Origin: a virus | Taxonomy: Duplodnaviria > Caudoviricetes | IMG/VR virus record: IMGVR_UViG_3300010163_000010 | Coordinates: 41,183-105,182 of that record | DNA length: 64,000 nucleotides | Strand: one strand, 5' to 3' | In this document: piece after piece, positions 8,255 through 18,325 of the stretch | Position numbering within the stretch: the first letter of the stretch is position 1 | How the letters are laid out: each line of letters starts with the position of its first letter | The notes under the pieces: generated by a model | Told to the model about the DNA's origin: nothing | Database searches by the model: none | Seen by the model: the letters and a program-made list of their open reading frames with translations, nothing else | Made by a program: the position numbers and the translations under genes

Positions 8255-10432
8255 TTGACCTATGACTTTCTTAAGACCTTATACACCGATATCGTTCAAA
8301 TGATTAAGGGAATGGTCGTAAAGCGAGCAGACCTTGCTCGTGAAAATGATACCATTGATACGATACGAGCGTTCGAAACGTACTTATCATGCGTGAATGG
8401 GACTCGGTATTTTCATACATTCAAGCCGTATGATATTCGAGTTCTCAAAAAGTATTATCCGGAAGATTTCGCGAATCGATGCTATGCCAATCCAGAAGCT
8501 ATTCCTGTAGATGATCGAAATATGATCGTTAAGGATCAGGCTCAGCTTATTCTGGATACGTATGAAGAGAAGAATGAGTATTATCGGATACTCATGGGAT
8601 TGCCCAGGCTTGATGATCATCGATGGATCTACATAACCGACCAGCCGGATATCCGCAAAGATGTTCCGATTCATAAGTTGTCGATAGAGGAGATTTCACG
8701 CTTGGAGGTTCGGGGTATTCTCCCCAAACTCCGCAGAAATAATCCTACAAAGCAATATCTCGATTATCTGGGTATTAATGCCATTGATCACCTTGATGCG
8801 CGGTTAGCTAAGCCATTTGAGATTCTTCGGTTGGGAATATGCTCCAATCCTCGTACTGAGGAGATGTTCCGGGAGCAATATTACAGAGCTAGATCTTATA
8901 TAATGGCTACGATCTATCATCGGGAAGAGTTTACCACTAAGACTCTTTATGATCCGGTTATTGGCATGCTAATGGTAACATTGGCGGCTGCCAATACGCT
9001 TGTGCCCAGCGAGAAAGATTACCTTAACTTCGAAGAGATGCTCAATGCCATACTGGAATCTTATGGATTCCTCAGGTACTTTGAAAAGTTTCCGTTTACG
9101 TATAAACGGAGACTGGTCATTGCTCTTGATCAACTTCTCAAGGTTAAAGGTACCGATGGGGTTCTAGTCGACGTATGCAGATTGTTTTCTCCTGATAATG
9201 ATCTGATAGCTAACCGATACTATCTCATGAAGACACAAACCAAAGATCTTGATGGTAACGTAATCTTCAGCGGTAATCCTAATACGGATTATACCCTTCA
9301 GTTTGTCAAGTCTTCTATTATTGAGCATGATATCAGCATGCAGGAAGAAGACCGGCTATCATATGAATCTGTAACAGATAATGATTACCTGTGGCAGCTT
9401 ACACCAGACGAGAAGGAGAATCTTCTCACTAAAGACTTTAACCTGATGTTTACAAAATACGTTGGGGTTGATGCTGCGTATGACATTACGTCTTTAGTGT
9501 TTGAGGTATGCTGCTTTATCAATCTGCTGATGTATGCCAGGGACAACCTGGCAAAAGTCACTATTCCCAATGTATATGCTACAGAAGGAAAGTGTTCTTT
9601 GTTCACGATGTTGAACTTTTTGCTTGCGGCAATGTCTCTGCGAGCGGGATTCGATGGGAATATTATCTATGAACCAGAGTCAATCGCCGAGATATGGCGA
9701 TTCAACTATGGAGACATTCATGATAAACTTCAGGAAATTGTTGACAAGTATGAACTTCGTATTGATGTAGACAGGACATTGGTTGAAGGTTTCGATATTG
9801 AGCTTGCCGGACCTGCCGGCAACAATAATGCTACCGATATGATTAACATTTACGTCAAGAATCGTGAGCTATTTGACGCTATCTTAGACGAAATGAATTC
9901 AACTAATGATATTGGACATTATATCGCTCTATCTAACACTAAAGATATGCTATTCACGTCATGTATAGAACGAAAGACATTTGTTAAGACAGATGGAACA
10001 ATAGCTGCTACGTATCGTGATATGCTTAGCGATCTTGATCTGCGGTTGGTGAGCAAACTTGACAGTGTAGCCGATGACGAAGATAAACAGAATGCTCTCA
10101 TTGTGTATATTCTGGAGCGTCTTGAGGAGATGTTTAATTCTCCGGAACTGCATTATCTGTTTTTGAATACTCCAACAGTTTACTCTACTCTCATTGGTAA
10201 GTATATTCGTATTGCGATCAACGTATTCAAGTCTGCACCGACACAGCTTCGATCCGTCAATGTATTCTTCAATATCGGCGAACGTACCCCTGTGCGGGTT
10301 ATCGATGAAGAAGAGGGCGAAGTTGTTCATAATGTAGACGATTGGATACATGTACAGGATGAACTCACGATTCATCGAGAGGTATTTCTCGATGAAGTAG
10401 TATGTGTAGGCAATAAGGTTTACGAAGAATAA
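8255..10432 (+). CDS. Putative baseplate/virion structural protein
   Basis: 725 aa; LLKVKGT resembles the KGT motif of baseplate wedge proteins; late-type promoter. Confidence 0.55.
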   Translation: MTYDFLKTLYTDIVQMIKGMVVKRADLARENDTIDTIRAFETYLSCVNGTRYFHTFKPYDIRVLKKYYPEDFANRCYANPEAIPVDDRNMIVKDQAQLILDTYEEKNEYYRILMGLPRLDDHRWIYITDQPDIRKDVPIHKLSIEEISRLEVRGILPKLRRNNPTKQYLDYLGINAIDHLDARLAKPFEILRLGICSNPRTEEMFREQYYRARSYIMATIYHREEFTTKTLYDPVIGMLMVTLAAANTLVPSEKDYLNFEEMLNAILESYGFLRYFEKFPFTYKRRLVIALDQLLKVKGTDGVLVDVCRLFSPDNDLIANRYYLMKTQTKDLDGNVIFSGNPNTDYTLQFVKSSIIEHDISMQEEDRLSYESVTDNDYLWQLTPDEKENLLTKDFNLMFTKYVGVDAAYDITSLVFEVCCFINLLMYARDNLAKVTIPNVYATEGKCSLFTMLNFLLAAMSLRAGFDGNIIYEPESIAEIWRFNYGDIHDKLQEIVDKYELRIDVDRTLVEGFDIELAGPAGNNNATDMINIYVKNRELFDAILDEMNSTNDIGHYIALSNTKDMLFTSCIERKTFVKTDGTIAATYRDMLSDLDLRLVSKLDSVADDEDKQNALIVYILERLEEMFNSPELHYLFLNTPTVYSTLIGKYIRIAINVFKSAPTQLRSVNVFFNIGERTPVRVIDEEEGEVVHNVDDWIHVQDELTIHREVFLDEVVCVGNKVYEE

Positions 10433-10459
10433 ATTTAGAGGAAGGAGCGTTAAAGGCTA

Positions 10460-11347
10460 ATGGCACGTCTTTTTAGTAAAGGCGACAAAGCTCGGGTCTA
10501 CGATGAGCTGCGCGATTCCGCCGGTAATATCCTGGCCGCTGGTTCTGGACATCAGATCATTGGTGACGTAGAAGTCATCTATAGATCCACGCGGAATGGG
10601 AAGCCGATTTTTACCAAGACCCATTATACGAATGATCTGTTGGTCACTGGTGCCGTGTTCTTGTCCGAGAAGGTTAATAACGTCCGGTCATCGTTCTTAA
10701 CTACGCCGATCGATTATTCCCTTGGTATTCACAAGATCGAGGAGATCGAGCGTACGTCAAAGACTGTTCCGCAGGAGCATATCGTCGGCTTCTGCGTGGG
10801 CGTTGGTGGTACTGGCGGCACCTATAATACTGTGCATAAAGTGCATAAGACTGATCTCACCGTTCCCACAATGGTTCCGTTCCGTGTAGTTAAGCTGGAT
10901 CGAGATTTGCAGGCACAAGAGCGCCGGCGTTATCTTCTGCGGATTGTAAAGGGTGATTATGCCTATTACTACGGCAAACGGTTCAGCGTTGATCGTGAGA
11001 TCAATGTCCTCTATGAGGATGGAACAGTTGTACCTGTCGATGTGAATCTCATTGGAGATACTAACAAGAAGTTTATCAAGACGTTCACCAAATACACCTG
11101 CACGATCGATGAGACTGATATCAGAGAGTATTTCAAGGTAACGGAAGGCTCAACACAACATTCTTTGGTGAACTCTATCGGTCTGCTCACCGGGTATCTC
11201 GGGAGAGCTGGTGACTCCGATGAGAAGAAAGATAACTTCGATGAGGTTTACAATGCACGGATGATGACCACGCTGAATACTGAGAACGGTGAGCTGAAGG
11301 ATTCACAGTCTACGATCAAATATAACTATCGGCTGTATTTTGTGTAA
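10460..11347 (+). CDS. Putative virion structural (baseplate-associated) protein
   Basis: 295 aa, co-transcribed with the preceding gene; beta-rich composition. Confidence 0.5.
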   Translation: MARLFSKGDKARVYDELRDSAGNILAAGSGHQIIGDVEVIYRSTRNGKPIFTKTHYTNDLLVTGAVFLSEKVNNVRSSFLTTPIDYSLGIHKIEEIERTSKTVPQEHIVGFCVGVGGTGGTYNTVHKVHKTDLTVPTMVPFRVVKLDRDLQAQERRRYLLRIVKGDYAYYYGKRFSVDREINVLYEDGTVVPVDVNLIGDTNKKFIKTFTKYTCTIDETDIREYFKVTEGSTQHSLVNSIGLLTGYLGRAGDSDEKKDNFDEVYNARMMTTLNTENGELKDSQSTIKYNYRLYFV

Positions 11348-11366
11348 GTCTTGGGAGTGATACATT

Positions 11367-12593
11367 ATGGGAAGAATGTTAACTCCTGAGCAGCAAGCAG
11401 AAGCTTTTGCGATAATGAAGGATCCTAAGAATATCGATGTCCATGTTCTCAGTGCGTTGTTTGCTTATCACAAAAAGAGTGGCATCAAGTTCAGTGTTGA
11501 GGACGGGATAGTTATCGGCCCCAACGAGTCGCCGTTTGTGAAGCCCAATACTGTGACGACACTTGGGATCTATATCGCAAATAAGTACCTGCTTGAAGAT
11601 CTTGGTATCTTCGGATACATAAATAAGAACATCAACGGGAAACTGCAAGAGAAGATCGATAATGCAATGGGAAAAGCCTGTCAGGCTCGAGAAATTACTC
11701 CTGAACAGTATGCTAACTACATCGACCGAGGTCAGTGGCTGTATGGTGGTCCCTTTGGGTTTATCTCTGGTGTCTCGTTGTCTCATACAATTATGGAACT
11801 GCCTCCCGCGGCAAAGAAACAGCGTAAGCAATTGATCGAAGAGAATCAAGATGCGATCGCGGCCAACGATGCCCAGGCTGTTCGTAATATGGAGCTCAAG
11901 ATTGTTGATACCGCACTGAATGAGATGCGCAAGAAGGATGATCCGGCTATGGCGCTCTTTGATTCCGGATGCGGCATCGATCCTAAGAACCAGTACAAGA
12001 CGATTTTTGTCATGAAGGGAGCCGTACAGGATAATACAGGAGAATCTCCTACTGGATATAAAGTCATCACTTCAAACTATGACGAAGGAATTACCAAAGA
12101 GGACATGCCTAAGATTGCTGATACTGTAGTAAGCAGTGCGTATTCTACTGGAGTATCCACGCAGGATTCTGGAACTAATGGTAAGAAGTACAACGCTTTG
12201 TTCCAGCGGGTGAGACTTCGGGAGCGTGGATCTGATTGTGGCACTAAGGATACTATTGATGTTACCATAACAGCAGATAATGCTGATAATTATATCTATC
12301 GCAATATCCTTGAAGGATCGAAACTTGTCATGCTGATGCCGGATACGATTGGCAATTACATCGGAAAAACGGTGCATATGCGAACTGGTATTCATTGTAA
12401 GTGTCCTGATCCGGAGTACTGTTCTGCTTGTATTGGTGATAGGCCGTATCGCGTTGGAATCCGTAATATCGGGTATGCATTTATGTCAATCTCCGGCTCT
12501 ACTCTTAATGCATCGATGAAGAAAAAGCACGATATTTCAATAAAGACATATAAGGTCACGCTGCATGATATGCTTAAATACGTTGACCAGTGA
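11367..12593 (+). CDS. Split RNA polymerase beta' subunit fragment (virion RNAP type)
   Basis: DCGT, V.MRT..HC and C..CIG form the beta' Zn site; LNASMKKKH corresponds to the trigger-loop QLTMRTFH; lies in a late operon. Confidence 0.85.
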   Translation: MGRMLTPEQQAEAFAIMKDPKNIDVHVLSALFAYHKKSGIKFSVEDGIVIGPNESPFVKPNTVTTLGIYIANKYLLEDLGIFGYINKNINGKLQEKIDNAMGKACQAREITPEQYANYIDRGQWLYGGPFGFISGVSLSHTIMELPPAAKKQRKQLIEENQDAIAANDAQAVRNMELKIVDTALNEMRKKDDPAMALFDSGCGIDPKNQYKTIFVMKGAVQDNTGESPTGYKVITSNYDEGITKEDMPKIADTVVSSAYSTGVSTQDSGTNGKKYNALFQRVRLRERGSDCGTKDTIDVTITADNADNYIYRNILEGSKLVMLMPDTIGNYIGKTVHMRTGIHCKCPDPEYCSACIGDRPYRVGIRNIGYAFMSISGSTLNASMKKKHDISIKTYKVTLHDMLKYVDQ

Positions 12594-12615
12594 AGTTTTG
12601 GAGGTGTATTAACAA

Positions 12616-13233
12616 ATGATACCTGATATTAACGAGCAGTACGCTTTTCGTACTGAGGTAAGTATTAGTAATGGCGAAGAGCGTATGGCCAAGTTCTACC
12701 GCAACGAAGATCTGAACTACATGCGTAAGAAGCTGAACGCCAGCCGCAATCGCAGCAGCCGTGAGTTGGGTTATATGGGCAACCGGTGTTACGAGGCGGC
12801 TCGGACTCTTGTGGAATCGCTCGAGACCATTTATCGGCTTGAGGATTCTCAGCAGTTTGAGTTCATTACGACCGATACTGTTCTTGCGATTCCTAACGAC
12901 ACCAACTTCGCGGAAGCTGTTTTGACAACATCTGGGTACGTCCTTGCGCATGTTGAGCACATGGGAATTAAAGCGGAATCGATATTTCCGTACGACATTA
13001 CCATTGCATTTACGCAGCAGGGTGGCCCTGAGAATGATGTCTATACACTACATTTTCAGTTCTATGATAAACAGATTGCTGATAACGACGGAACAAAAGT
13101 TAGCACGGTGAATGCTAAACAAACCATTAAGGGCGCTATCCCGGCTCCTAGCGCTATTGGAATGAGCTTTATGCGTGCATATCAGCAAGCTCAAGCAAAT
13201 ACCCCAGGACATTATTTCCATACGGGCGATTAA
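12616..13233 (+). CDS. Hypothetical protein
   Basis: 205 aa ORF with GGAGGTG RBS. Confidence 0.75.
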   Translation: MIPDINEQYAFRTEVSISNGEERMAKFYRNEDLNYMRKKLNASRNRSSRELGYMGNRCYEAARTLVESLETIYRLEDSQQFEFITTDTVLAIPNDTNFAEAVLTTSGYVLAHVEHMGIKAESIFPYDITIAFTQQGGPENDVYTLHFQFYDKQIADNDGTKVSTVNAKQTIKGAIPAPSAIGMSFMRAYQQAQANTPGHYFHTGD

Positions 13234-13247
13234 AGCAGGTGTGATAA

Positions 13248-13751
13248 ATGACTGGTGCATCTATTGGTCAGGCCATATGGGTAATCCATAATGGCGCTAC
13301 AACTACCGCTACATTGGGAACCCTGTATGCGGAGTATGTTGCTGGCCGCATTGGTCAGTATCAAATATACTATGTAGACCCGCAGTCAATCGAGGATTCC
13401 CGTAAAGAGAAGATCCTGAAACCTCTGGTAGGCGCCATGAGTATAACTGACGTTCAAAATCAAGGCATTCATCAAAAGGTAACAGTTACTTCTGAGGATG
13501 AGTTGTCGGTAACCCTAGGCGCTACTGGAGCATTACTGGATTTTGCTGATTTTGATCCACCTCATATAACAGTGAACTACCCATCGAATACCAAGCATTA
13601 TGTAACTGCGCTTAGATCTCTTGGTGGTCCTCCAGGTGATACCATCTTTGTGCGCAAAGTTACCGGGTATCGTATGACTGGTTCCTGTAATGTGATCACA
13701 CTTCCGGTTCCAAATATGATTGCTGATTCAGGCTTTGTAATTATGGCTTGA
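13248..13751 (+). CDS. Hypothetical protein
   Basis: 167 aa ORF, closely spaced in the operon. Confidence 0.7.
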   Translation: MTGASIGQAIWVIHNGATTTATLGTLYAEYVAGRIGQYQIYYVDPQSIEDSRKEKILKPLVGAMSITDVQNQGIHQKVTVTSEDELSVTLGATGALLDFADFDPPHITVNYPSNTKHYVTALRSLGGPPGDTIFVRKVTGYRMTGSCNVITLPVPNMIADSGFVIMA

Positions 13752-13776
13752 TACACAGCATAATATATGTATAAAC

Positions 13777-14245
13777 GGGAGTTCATGGATGCGATGATAC
13801 CTTGCATATTGGCTATTGCTGGTCATCCTAGGTAAGACCGTTGTTGTAATCTGGCCAAATTACGACAGGCAACATGCTGATTGCTGCGTGGACTCTATAT
13901 CGGTGATCCCGTTAATAAAATATCTGATCTTTTCCATTTGGCAGAAACAGCTCATGCTCATACAATTTAATACAGTGTCCTTCTTCTTTGGTACACAGGC
14001 GTGTAACTGAAAGCGGTTGGGAAGCGGCATTAACAATGCTTGGCGGCAACGAGTGCCGCTTCCCACATTATATCCAGACTTGTCCATGCGGGACCACGAG
14101 GCTCATAACCTGAAGTCTGGGCGCCTCTGTCGTTTTGCCAGCGGCAGTGTCACTTCCTCCTCTTTATACCGTGGCGGCTAGATGGATTTCAGGTTGGCCT
14201 CCGGGTTTGGACATGCCCGGAGGCCGATCTAATTTCCGTCCCACA
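13777..14245 (+). ncRNA. Candidate structured non-coding RNA(s)
   Basis: ~500 bp without a credible ORF; several long helices with G-U pairs (13777-13896, 14018-14065, 14073-14121, 14181-14240); promoter variant AATA-TATG-TATA at 13762-13773. Confidence 0.55.
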
Positions 14246-14264
14246 AGGAAATCAAAGGAGTAAT

Positions 14265-14924
14265 ATGATGAGTAAGATTAAAGAGTGGTTCATCAAGTTT
14301 ATGAACAAACTTGGGTTCTACACTGATAAGCAGGTACTTGAACGTTGCATCGATAATAATAGCAACTATGAGAAAATTATCGATACCATGAAGGGCGATA
14401 TGGCCAAGCTGAAAGAAGAGGTTCATCAGCTCAGCATTCAGAATTTGGACCTCAATATGCAGAACAAACGGCTGGTGGATGCGCCGTTCGAAAATCAGGA
14501 GTACATAAAAGACCTCCAAACACAGCTTGGGGACATACTTCATGTTTCCCCATGTTTTGAATTTTCGAATGACATGGCTATCCCTGGATCTACATGCATC
14601 GTTACCGGCATTGAGGATGATCCGCAGGGAGATGAGCGTTTCACAGTCGTAAGAGGACGGACCGTATTAACTGACGATATGACTCCGCTTATCGATCAGA
14701 CTAAGAGCATTGAAGATCGCATGTCTCTGCTTATGGACTATATGAAACGGTGGGGTTTGTGTGATCGAATTGTGCGTGATCTGATGAGTTACGGGGCACT
14801 GTCAGTTAGTTTGGCGTACAACAAAAACTGTACGGCATATGAGATGTATTATCAACTGTCGGCAGTCAGAATCACTGGTTCTGCGACATTCACGATTAAT
14901 GATAGCGTGAAGTACGAAAACTAA
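14265..14924 (+). CDS. Hypothetical protein with coiled coil
   Basis: 219 aa; AAAGGAG RBS; heptad pattern MKGDMAKLKEEVHQL. Confidence 0.8.
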   Translation: MMSKIKEWFIKFMNKLGFYTDKQVLERCIDNNSNYEKIIDTMKGDMAKLKEEVHQLSIQNLDLNMQNKRLVDAPFENQEYIKDLQTQLGDILHVSPCFEFSNDMAIPGSTCIVTGIEDDPQGDERFTVVRGRTVLTDDMTPLIDQTKSIEDRMSLLMDYMKRWGLCDRIVRDLMSYGALSVSLAYNKNCTAYEMYYQLSAVRITGSATFTINDSVKYEN

Positions 14925-14936
14925 ACGGAGAATATA

Positions 14937-14969
14937 CAGGGGAGGCCATATGGCCTCCCCGTTGCTTTT
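14937..14969. terminator. Terminator between convergent genes
   Basis: GGGGAGGCC-ATAT-GGCCTCCCC. Confidence 0.8.
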
Positions 14970-15441
14970 ACTCTTCGGTATTGTTTATTTCCGTGGACTC
15001 ATCGGTCTCATAGTCAAGGACCGCCATCTCTGCCTGAGGATCAGGAATATCGATCCCGAGATTCCCTTCGACATAATCCTCAGCGTCAATGGCTCCTCCA
15101 ATCATCTCGAAGAGCTTGGACGCAGCCTCGGCCAACTGCTTGGAGCGATTGGCGTCGATAACACCCTCGCTGATGCAGTATATTGCGATCGATGCAATCT
15201 CCAGAATGGCGAAGACGATAATTGCAGTGGTGTTGTTGCTGCATCCGATCATTCCGCAGATACCAACGATGCATCCGGCCGCCGACATCCAGAACTTGCG
15301 GGACTTGATTTTCTCCTTCCAGTTCGGCCTGGTTGTCTGGGTTTCCACCAGAGTGCTGGCCAATCGGATGAGCTCATCGGTGTTATCCGCAAGCATCGTC
15401 AGTTGTTCCTGTGTCAAAGTATTGGTCTGCTGATCCTCCAT
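14968..15441 (-). CDS. Putative holin
   Basis: NWKEKIKSRKFW followed by two TM helices and YCISEGVID, typical of Firmicute phage holins. Confidence 0.7.
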   Translation of the reverse strand: MEDQQTNTLTQEQLTMLADNTDELIRLASTLVETQTTRPNWKEKIKSRKFWMSAAGCIVGICGMIGCSNNTTAIIVFAILEIASIAIYCISEGVIDANRSKQLAEAASKLFEMIGGAIDAEDYVEGNLGIDIPDPQAEMAVLDYETDESTEINNTEE

Positions 15442-15865
15442 TGTTTATTTCCTCCTCTGTTACAATGGTATTTGGTGGTTCTGGTATGTTAAAAGTAGGC
15501 TCAGGCGTACTCATACCACGAGTTGGATTGGGGTTGTCTCGAATCGTTTTAGCCCACGGGAAGTCATTATATTTGAACACGTTTTCGATCGTCTTAGTGA
15601 TGAGGTAGAATCCGATCTGACCGATGATAATCGTACAGACGTTGCTAGACAAAGTCTCGGCGATAGCAATCTTATCCATGAACGCCAGTATGTAAGAACA
15701 CCAGATCCAGAGAACACCGTTGATGGTATAGATCCAGATAAGCTGCTTAGATGTACTATTGAGAGAATATGCCAAGCGCTGTTTGAACGTTATCACCTTA
15801 GCCGCAGATATCTCTTCTCTTTTTTCTTCCCGTGATTTGAATAGCTTGATCTTCATGGGAATCAC
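15383..15865 (-). CDS. Two-TM membrane protein (holin-associated)
   Basis: Two hydrophobic helices (LIWIYTINGVLWIWCSYILAF; VCTIIIGQIGFYLIT); adjacent to the holin. Confidence 0.65.
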   Translation of the reverse strand: MIPMKIKLFKSREEKREEISAAKVITFKQRLAYSLNSTSKQLIWIYTINGVLWIWCSYILAFMDKIAIAETLSSNVCTIIIGQIGFYLITKTIENVFKYNDFPWAKTIRDNPNPTRGMSTPEPTFNIPEPPNTIVTEEEINNGGSADQYFDTGTTDDACG

Positions 15866-18027
15866 TGACTTTCTGTATAGTATTGAGGCGCCCTATTCGT
15901 ATCGAGAGGTTCTTGCTTGATAATGGTAAACTGAATAATGTCTCCGATCGCAAGGTCGAATCCAGCATGGAACCTGATGCCTTCATTACACGTATTGTAA
16001 TCAAGCTCTTCGCGAAGAACGGTTTGTCCGTAGTTTACCAGAAGTTTATCAAGACCGAAGACATAATCAGGCACAGTAATCGTAAGTTCTGTACCGGGAG
16101 CAAGTGGTGCCGCCGGTTGATGTTCATATACAAACAGCTTGGTAACAACATTGCCGATACGTGCTTTAACTGCATTGATCTGATCGTTGAGATATGTTTC
16201 AAGGTCAGCAACTCCACACTGAGTAGATGCAATCCATTCAAACTTGCTGGTAGCGTTTCCGCTGTTGCCCACATAGATGAATTTCTCATCCGCGTGCATC
16301 CAGATATCGCCAATGACCGTATAGTTACCAGTTGCAGGGTCGACATTGGGAGGCTCGATAGGCCGGACATGAATCATTGTAGGTGTGATTCCAAGATTAT
16401 GTTCAATAGCAACCTCTGGAATATATGTTGATCCATCCCATGCAGTAAGAGGAGCACCACCGATAAAGTTGCTTTCGCCTTTGTGTTCGATGTACGTCGG
16501 ATACCTCTTGGTTATATCGATCTGGCTATGGCTCAATGAGAACCAAGTGTGCATGGCCTCATTGTACACAAGCCAGATATACGATCCAGCTACATAGCCG
16601 CCACGAACAGGAGAACCGAAACAGTCGGCAATAGGCTCAGCAGGTCCATCGATGCATTTGGCAGTTGGTGCGGTTTCCAGGTCGTATTTTAACTTTACCA
16701 GTAAGCAGTAATGATCGCACAGCTGATCGTATGTGATATCGAGATGAATATGTTGTCCAGATGTTCCCGTAGCATCAATGACGTTGAAGTTAGGGACATC
16801 CATCATGGCGCCTTGGAGGATCGTGAAATACAGATGATCGCCTTTGTTAAGTTCTGTTGTAAGCAGAACTACAGCGCCCATGACGTCAATGTCATAATCG
16901 ACATCGTACACCAGCATATGATTATCTCGAATGACTGTGAGTTCATCCCGTCGTTTATTGTAGTTTGGAACCGGAATAACGGTTGTATGATCGCGATCGG
17001 CCTCATATTCCTCATGAAGAACCTTCAGCGCATACCTGTAGTTACCAGTAGCTCCAAAGTTATTAGGAACAATCGATCCGTTGGATTCAATGAATTCTGT
17101 TACCTTCCAGACTATAACTTCTCCCGCGGTGAGAGGGAACTTGAACTTAATGACTTTCTCATCATCACTCAATGTATAGTCCAGGTTGTTTCGAAGTATC
17201 GTTTGGCCGTAGTTGATTTCGTATGATTGTGCACCAATAGCTGCAACAGGGACATCCAGTTCATCGGTATCTTTCTCAACGGTTACTTTGTATTCCTTGG
17301 TTTCGAGATCATACTTTAAGGTTCCTCTCTTGGCAGTGGTAATATACGAGGTAATCTTGAAGAAGATGATTTCGCCTTCCATGAAACTGATACCATTGAG
17401 GAATCTGATACCGCCTTTAACGCTGGGCACATAGTCATAATCAATCCCGAATCTGAAGATGGTTTGCCCGTAGTTAATCGTGATCTTATCGATGTTGTGG
17501 TCAAATCCTGGAACGTCGATAACATACTGGCCATTGTATAGGATCTCGTAAGCATACTCCCGCTCGACAGGAAGAACCACTTTTGTCACATCACTGTATA
17601 TATCGCTGCTGAGCAGTATCCAAGAGTCAAGCTTTTCGCCATAGACCATGAACATAGTAGTTCCCGGCTTCTGACCACCAGGGATTCTGTCACCAGAACC
17701 GCTAATGATAGGTTTCGGGCCGCTGTTGTTGAAGTCGAGAGTAGGTTCACACTCCACGTTAGTGTGAACAGTCAACAACAGGGGAAACCCATCACAAAGT
17801 ACCTTATCGTGGATATGTGCTTCAAGGTGCCTGTAAGTTCCGTAGCTGCGAGTGTGATTCAGATGACGCAGCGGACTGGCGACATGCTTATCGTATTGGT
17901 GCAAATAGTCTTCAAGCACTCCGCCGTTATCGCGCCTTAGAATGTTACTTGTAACTGTTTGCGGAAACATTGTATCCCAAATTTTACGCTTTACATTCCA
18001 TTGGCGCATGCGGATATACCTATTCAT
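15862..18027 (-). CDS. Tail/baseplate-associated protein with repeated beta modules
   Basis: Three copies of (I/V)NYGQT.(F/L)R...DY plus a fourth degenerate copy; late promoter at 18049-18060. Confidence 0.65.
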   Translation of the reverse strand: MNRYIRMRQWNVKRKIWDTMFPQTVTSNILRRDNGGVLEDYLHQYDKHVASPLRHLNHTRSYGTYRHLEAHIHDKVLCDGFPLLLTVHTNVECEPTLDFNNSGPKPIISGSGDRIPGGQKPGTTMFMVYGEKLDSWILLSSDIYSDVTKVVLPVEREYAYEILYNGQYVIDVPGFDHNIDKITINYGQTIFRFGIDYDYVPSVKGGIRFLNGISFMEGEIIFFKITSYITTAKRGTLKYDLETKEYKVTVEKDTDELDVPVAAIGAQSYEINYGQTILRNNLDYTLSDDEKVIKFKFPLTAGEVIVWKVTEFIESNGSIVPNNFGATGNYRYALKVLHEEYEADRDHTTVIPVPNYNKRRDELTVIRDNHMLVYDVDYDIDVMGAVVLLTTELNKGDHLYFTILQGAMMDVPNFNVIDATGTSGQHIHLDITYDQLCDHYCLLVKLKYDLETAPTAKCIDGPAEPIADCFGSPVRGGYVAGSYIWLVYNEAMHTWFSLSHSQIDITKRYPTYIEHKGESNFIGGAPLTAWDGSTYIPEVAIEHNLGITPTMIHVRPIEPPNVDPATGNYTVIGDIWMHADEKFIYVGNSGNATSKFEWIASTQCGVADLETYLNDQINAVKARIGNVVTKLFVYEHQPAAPLAPGTELTITVPDYVFGLDKLLVNYGQTVLREELDYNTCNEGIRFHAGFDLAIGDIIQFTIIKQEPLDTNRAPQYYTESQ

Positions 18028-18048
18028 GGATAACAGACCTCCTTTCTT

Positions 18049-18060
18049 TATATGGTTGTT
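18049..18060 (-). promoter_or_regulatory. Late-type promoter AACA-ACCA-TATA
   Basis: Matches RACA-N4-TATA; AAGGAGGT RBS follows. Confidence 0.75.
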
Positions 18061-18068
18061 TCAGATAG

Positions 18069-18280
18069 ACGGAACCCACCGTGATGCATTGGAGTTGGAG
18101 GAGCAAATATAAAGCCATATATACCATGCTCATCAACTATAAAAATTTCATCAGTATCAAACCCATAGTCCTCCGCCGGCGACAATTACGGAATATAGTG
18201 CAGTTATTGCTATATGTGCAGGGATAAGTAACTATTACACATATGTAAATAACCCGCCAACTGCACCTGGTGGGTTCCGT
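18069..18280. repeat. 212-bp element with 12-bp terminal inverted repeats and a central palindrome
   Basis: ACGGAACCCACC (18069-18080) / GGTGGGTTCCGT (18269-18280); CGCCGGCG at 18174-18181; half-copies at 32011-32126 and 47865-47971. Confidence 0.75.
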
Positions 18281-18284
18281 TAAA

Positions 18285-18312
18285 GAAATAAAAGCGGGGC
18301 CATCAGGCCCCG
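18285..18312 (-). terminator. Rho-independent terminator of the tail fiber gene
   Basis: GCGGGGCC/GGCCCCGC stem with T run on the - strand. Confidence 0.8.
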
Positions 18313-18325
18313 CAGTATGTTTTTC

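Noticed and set aside
14070-14125. Possible tRNA-Met gene (CTCATAA loop)
   Set aside because: No T arm (TTCRA), D-loop consensus or acceptor end; kept only as a tRNA-like motif
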